Source: a virus (Duplodnaviria > Heunggongvirae > Uroviricota > Caudoviricetes). Taken from it: DNA of 59,262 nt. Shown one piece after another: positions 55,705-59,262 of the stretch. The DNA is taken from the IMG/VR virus record IMGVR_UViG_3300027851_000011, one strand, 5' to 3'. How positions within the stretch are numbered: position 1 is the first letter of the stretch; each line of letters opens with the position of its first letter. A program made the position numbers and the translations under genes. The notes under the pieces were generated by a model. The model ran no database searches. It was not told where the DNA came from and saw nothing but the letters and a program-made list of their open reading frames with translations.

Positions 55705-56633
55705 TGGACTTCATGAAGCTCATCCAGGAGTACGGCATCGCCACGATCGTGCTCGCTGGCTTCGCCTATGCCGTCTGGCAGATCGGCCGCGCCATCGTGC
55801 GCCGCATCGTTCGCCTCATCAACAACGACGGTCGTCCTGAACCCAAGCCCGTGGAGCATAAGACGGACACCGACCGCCGCCTGCGCACTGCAACAGTGAA
55901 CGATCGGCCGTCGCTAAAAGCCCACTTCTTCTTCACGACTGCAAACCAGCTGGTCAGCGACGAGATCGACAAGATCGACTGCGGTTGTCAGGCGCGGACA
56001 CTGCTCTTCCAAGACATGTGCCGCACGATGACGCTGCGCTGGCGTGACTTCCTGCTGGCCATCGTCGAGAACGAGAGTTCTGGCGTGCACATCGCAGTCG
56101 GTCGAAAGCGCGACACGAGCGGGTACAGCCTCGGGCGCGACGTCCTCGCTGCATTCCAGCGCTGGCGCACGGACACTGAAGCAGAATGGCGCCGGAGTGG
56201 TATCCCTGAGCCTGCGATCAAAGCGTTCACCGAGTGGGTTCGGCCACGCCTGGACGCGCTGCGTGACACCACGGGCCTCATCTCGTCGAGCCAGTACTAT
56301 GAAGACAGCGTGCAGCGAATCGCCTGCATCATGTCGGCGCACGAAGTTGCGCTTCGCTTGATCGTCCTCGACATGAACAATGTCATCTACTCGCTGAATG
56401 GTCGGCTCGACGGACACCTCTACAAAAACGTGGCAATCGTTCCGATCAAGACGCTCATCCTCGCGAAGATTGAGGCTGACAACGCTCGGCTCGCGGCCGA
56501 TGAGAGCTTCAAGCAGCGCACGGCGTCTGAGATGGGGTTCTCTGGTGCTCGTGACGCGTACCGGACACCACTGCCCGGCTCTATCCAGGTCCCGCGCGAC
56601 AATCCGATCAAGCCTGACCAGGAACCCAAGTAG
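55704..56633 (+). CDS. N-terminal TM protein with a helical soluble domain, 309 aa (holin-like N-terminus)
   Basis: MDFMKLIQEYGIATIVLAGFAYAVWQI; function is inference only. Confidence 0.55.
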   Translation: MDFMKLIQEYGIATIVLAGFAYAVWQIGRAIVRRIVRLINNDGRPEPKPVEHKTDTDRRLRTATVNDRPSLKAHFFFTTANQLVSDEIDKIDCGCQARTLLFQDMCRTMTLRWRDFLLAIVENESSGVHIAVGRKRDTSGYSLGRDVLAAFQRWRTDTEAEWRRSGIPEPAIKAFTEWVRPRLDALRDTTGLISSSQYYEDSVQRIACIMSAHEVALRLIVLDMNNVIYSLNGRLDGHLYKNVAIVPIKTLILAKIEADNARLAADESFKQRTASEMGFSGARDAYRTPLPGSIQVPRDNPIKPDQEPK

Positions 56634-56645
56634 CCGAGGTTTCCC

Positions 56646-57116
56646 ATGGCACAGAGCCCACCTGAAATCTGGTTCGTCAAGCCGCAAGGTTTCATCGGGT
56701 CTCTTGTCACTTTCTTCACGCGCGGGAAGTACAGCCACTGCGGTTTCGTTCACGAGATTGAAGGCGTTCGTGTATTCACAGACGCTCACGCAGCTCGTGG
56801 TGTGTCCTGTCGCCCGATCTCCCTCGTCCCACACTACGACTACTGCGTTATGCTCGAAAGCCTTGACCACGCGTGGCTCAACGGAGCGCTGGCGCGTCGG
56901 TGGGGTTTGTCGTACGGATTCCGTGATGCTCTCGGGTTCGTCATTGGCGGATCGAAAGATCACAAGGGGATCATCTGCACTGAACTCATCATCGAAGTGG
57001 TAGCAGACGCCATTCGTGATGGAAAGTCCATCAAGAACGGTCTGGCTGTCTCACAACTAGAAGCGGCTACGACGTCTCCTGATCTGCTCATGCAGACGTT
57101 CACTGCTTCGAACTAA
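56646..57116 (+). CDS. Permuted papain-like amidase (YaeF/YiiX-type NlpC/P60), 156 aa
   Basis: His before Cys order: TRGKYSHCG...Y....LG...IICTEL. Confidence 0.7.
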   Translation: MAQSPPEIWFVKPQGFIGSLVTFFTRGKYSHCGFVHEIEGVRVFTDAHAARGVSCRPISLVPHYDYCVMLESLDHAWLNGALARRWGLSYGFRDALGFVIGGSKDHKGIICTELIIEVVADAIRDGKSIKNGLAVSQLEAATTSPDLLMQTFTASN

Positions 57117-57124
57117 GGCGCAGC

Positions 57125-58318
57125 ATGCACCTCACTGCACTCCGCAACAATAGCGTCTGGTCGACGCTCAAGGGAAGCTGGAAGATCGCTGGTTCAGTGT
57201 GCGGGATGATCTCGCAACGCGGCGACAGCTCTGTGTGGGCTACATTCCGTGGTGAGGCACTGTGCCTGTTCCTCGTTGAAAACGGAATCGCTGTGGCGCG
57301 TGAGACGCACGACAACCTGATGATCGCTGCGACGCTCTCAATGGCAGCAGCTCGGTTCTCGAATGCCGTTGTCTCAAGCGGTTCGCTGTGGTTCCTGGTG
57401 TTCGACGATGAAGGAAATGGAACGCTCGTCGCGTATGATGGCGAAGCTCTGACGAAGGTCGCTGTCGCAGATCTCCAGTGGCCGCCGATCCACGTGCCGC
57501 CTGTTCTCGAAGTTGTCGGTGATGTCTTCTTCGTGTGCCCGGCTTCTGTCCACCTCAGCGCGCACCAGTCGTCGATGATGCACCACGGTGTCGTCGCGAA
57601 GAGCGGCAAGCTGATCGTTCCACCGACGCCCGTGGCACCAAGCGCACCAGCGCACAGCATCTTCTGTCAGACACCGAAGTTCACGATCACGACCAACGGA
57701 ACGCTGGCTATCGTCAACGGCGACAGCTTTGACCTACGGTCGCTGCTCAAGCCGGTTGAAGCCCCATGTGTGTCATCTGGCGCCACGTTCGACACCGAGA
57801 TTCAGGTCGGTTTTGAACTGGATGACGTGCTGCCGACGATCATCGGCGGTGCCGTCGCCTGCGTAGCTCCAGACGGCTTCACGCGGCAGTCAGACATCAT
57901 CGGGGTCAGCCAGACATCGAACAGCCTGTGGCTGCGCCTGGGGCGGCCCCTGGCAGTGCCAGAACATGGCATGCTGAAGATCTACGGCGGCTTCGGGGCT
58001 GATCCCGCGCCCTACCAGTACCAGAGCGGCCCGCAGGCCGGGAAGTGGGCTCCCCGTGGCATCGTGGCCCGTGCTGCCTGGGTCTCCGTCGGCGAGCACC
58101 TCTGCGTCGCCGTTGGGCGCCCCGGCGAGGTTGCCCTGGTGCAGATCAAGGGTCGGCATGTCGTGGGCGCCAAGCGCCTGGAGAACTGCGATCCGGCTAC
58201 CCTCCAGCTGGTCTACGACGGCGAGGTGGCCCACCTGCTCGACACCCAGGATCGCTGGGGGCGCGAGCACCGGCTCTACCCGGTCGCTGGAGCCCCCGTC
58301 GGCGTGACCCGGCCCTGA
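57125..58318 (+). CDS. Hypothetical beta-rich protein, 397 aa
   Basis: Longest ORF at the locus; last gene of the plus-strand block, converging on 58326. Confidence 0.6.
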   Translation: MHLTALRNNSVWSTLKGSWKIAGSVCGMISQRGDSSVWATFRGEALCLFLVENGIAVARETHDNLMIAATLSMAAARFSNAVVSSGSLWFLVFDDEGNGTLVAYDGEALTKVAVADLQWPPIHVPPVLEVVGDVFFVCPASVHLSAHQSSMMHHGVVAKSGKLIVPPTPVAPSAPAHSIFCQTPKFTITTNGTLAIVNGDSFDLRSLLKPVEAPCVSSGATFDTEIQVGFELDDVLPTIIGGAVACVAPDGFTRQSDIIGVSQTSNSLWLRLGRPLAVPEHGMLKIYGGFGADPAPYQYQSGPQAGKWAPRGIVARAAWVSVGEHLCVAVGRPGEVALVQIKGRHVVGAKRLENCDPATLQLVYDGEVAHLLDTQDRWGREHRLYPVAGAPVGVTRP

Positions 58319-58325
58319 AGCTCGA

Positions 58326-59262
58326 CTAGCCCCGGTTCCCGCTCGTCGGCGGCGGGCTGAACAGGTCGCGGCGGTCGCGGATGGTGCCGCCCCAGCCCAG
58401 CGACGAGGCCGGCGGCGGCTTCGGTGCGTCGTAGGGGAAGCCAGCGTCCACGCCGCCCTTCTTGCTCCAGACGCGGATGGCGAAGTCCTGCGACCGCTGC
58501 TTGCGGTCGCTGGCGAACACCGTGTAGCGGAACCGGGCATAGCCGGGCGACAGGTTGCGCAGCTGCGGCGCATAGGCTGTCGGGTCGACCACGGTCGGCT
58601 CGGGCACCATTGTCGTCTCGCCGAGCGTCCACTCGCCCGTGCCGAGGGTGTTGCTGTCGACGCTGCTGACGCGCACGGTGACGCTACCAGAGCCCTCGGC
58701 GAAGTCGGTCCACGCGTAGAGCGCGCCGCCGGTGTGCAGGAAGAGGAACTTGTAGCCAACGCTCGCCGCAACGGCATCGGCCTCTGACGGGAAGCCAGCG
58801 GGCGTGAAGCACGGCGCCGGGATCACATAATAGGGCTGCGCGTCGCCGCTCGACAGCCAGAAGCCGCCCATGTGCTGGCCGAAGTACGTGTTGTTGTAGT
58901 AGTTCCACTTCAGCACGTTGCCGTCGAACAGGGCGCCGGCCATGTATTCGAACTCGTAAAGACCAGCGGGAAGGTCGCTTACGATGATCTGCTTGTCGTT
59001 TGTGTCAGCAACGACTTGTGTTGACACCGCGATCGGCGGCGTCGGCTTGTAGACCGTCGACTGCGCGAGGTCCGCAGCAGTGACGTCATAGAGGTCGAAA
59101 CCCTCGACGGGCGCGATGTCAGCCAGCGGGCTAATGGCGCCAGGGTACACCGGAGGCGGCTCGACGATGGCCGGGCATGGGTTGATGAAGTCGGCGCCAT
59201 TGAGCTGCACCCACGGCGAGTAGTAGCGGAACGCGAGGTCCGTCGAGCCGCCTCCGGTGTAC
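58326..59262 (-). CDS. 3' part of a probable structural protein; begins beyond the right edge
   Basis: The frame of ORF 58326..59210 stays open to the window edge (YTGGGSTDLAFRYYSPWVQLN...). Confidence 0.6.
   Translation of the reverse strand, partial: YTGGGSTDLAFRYYSPWVQLNGADFINPCPAIVEPPPVYPGAISPLADIAPVEGFDLYDVTAADLAQSTVYKPTPPIAVSTQVVADTNDKQIIVSDLPAGLYEFEYMAGALFDGNVLKWNYYNNTYFGQHMGGFWLSSGDAQPYYVIPAPCFTPAGFPSEADAVAASVGYKFLFLHTGGALYAWTDFAEGSGSVTVRVSSVDSNTLGTGEWTLGETTMVPEPTVVDPTAYAPQLRNLSPGYARFRYTVFASDRKQRSQDFAIRVWSKKGGVDAGFPYDAPKPPPASSLGWGGTIRDRRDLFSPPPTSGNRG

Overview
A 59.3-kb, high-GC segment of a large (jumbo-like) myovirus genome or prophage, made up almost entirely of virion-morphogenesis genes. 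I found no tRNA, rRNA, CRISPR array, integrase, terminase, major capsid or sheath gene. Positions 1-8.2 kb (minus strand) hold two tail-assembly-chaperone-like genes joined by a canonical -1 slippery site, a tape-measure-like gene, and tail/baseplate-hub-like genes. A non-coding switch region at 8.2-9.0 kb is rich in iteron-like and palindromic repeats. A long plus-strand block follows (9.0-58.3 kb) with gp25-like and very large baseplate-J-like wedge genes, fibre proteins, a thermonuclease, a NUDIX fusion, a portal-like gene, HTH/RHH regulators, membrane proteins and a permuted papain-like amidase. The stand-out candidate system is at 18990-26980: a 969-aa tail-fibre-like protein ending in CN(CT)9CN-GDYDCGSCMN, translationally coupled to three paralogous radical SAM/SPASM enzymes and one unknown protein. 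This looks like a RiPP-type maturation cassette whose apparent substrate is a virion protein. A second notable element (43866-50764) is an array of six genes that share a ~50-aa N-terminal module fused to different adhesin/lectin domains. All functional calls come from reading motifs by eye; no database search was run.
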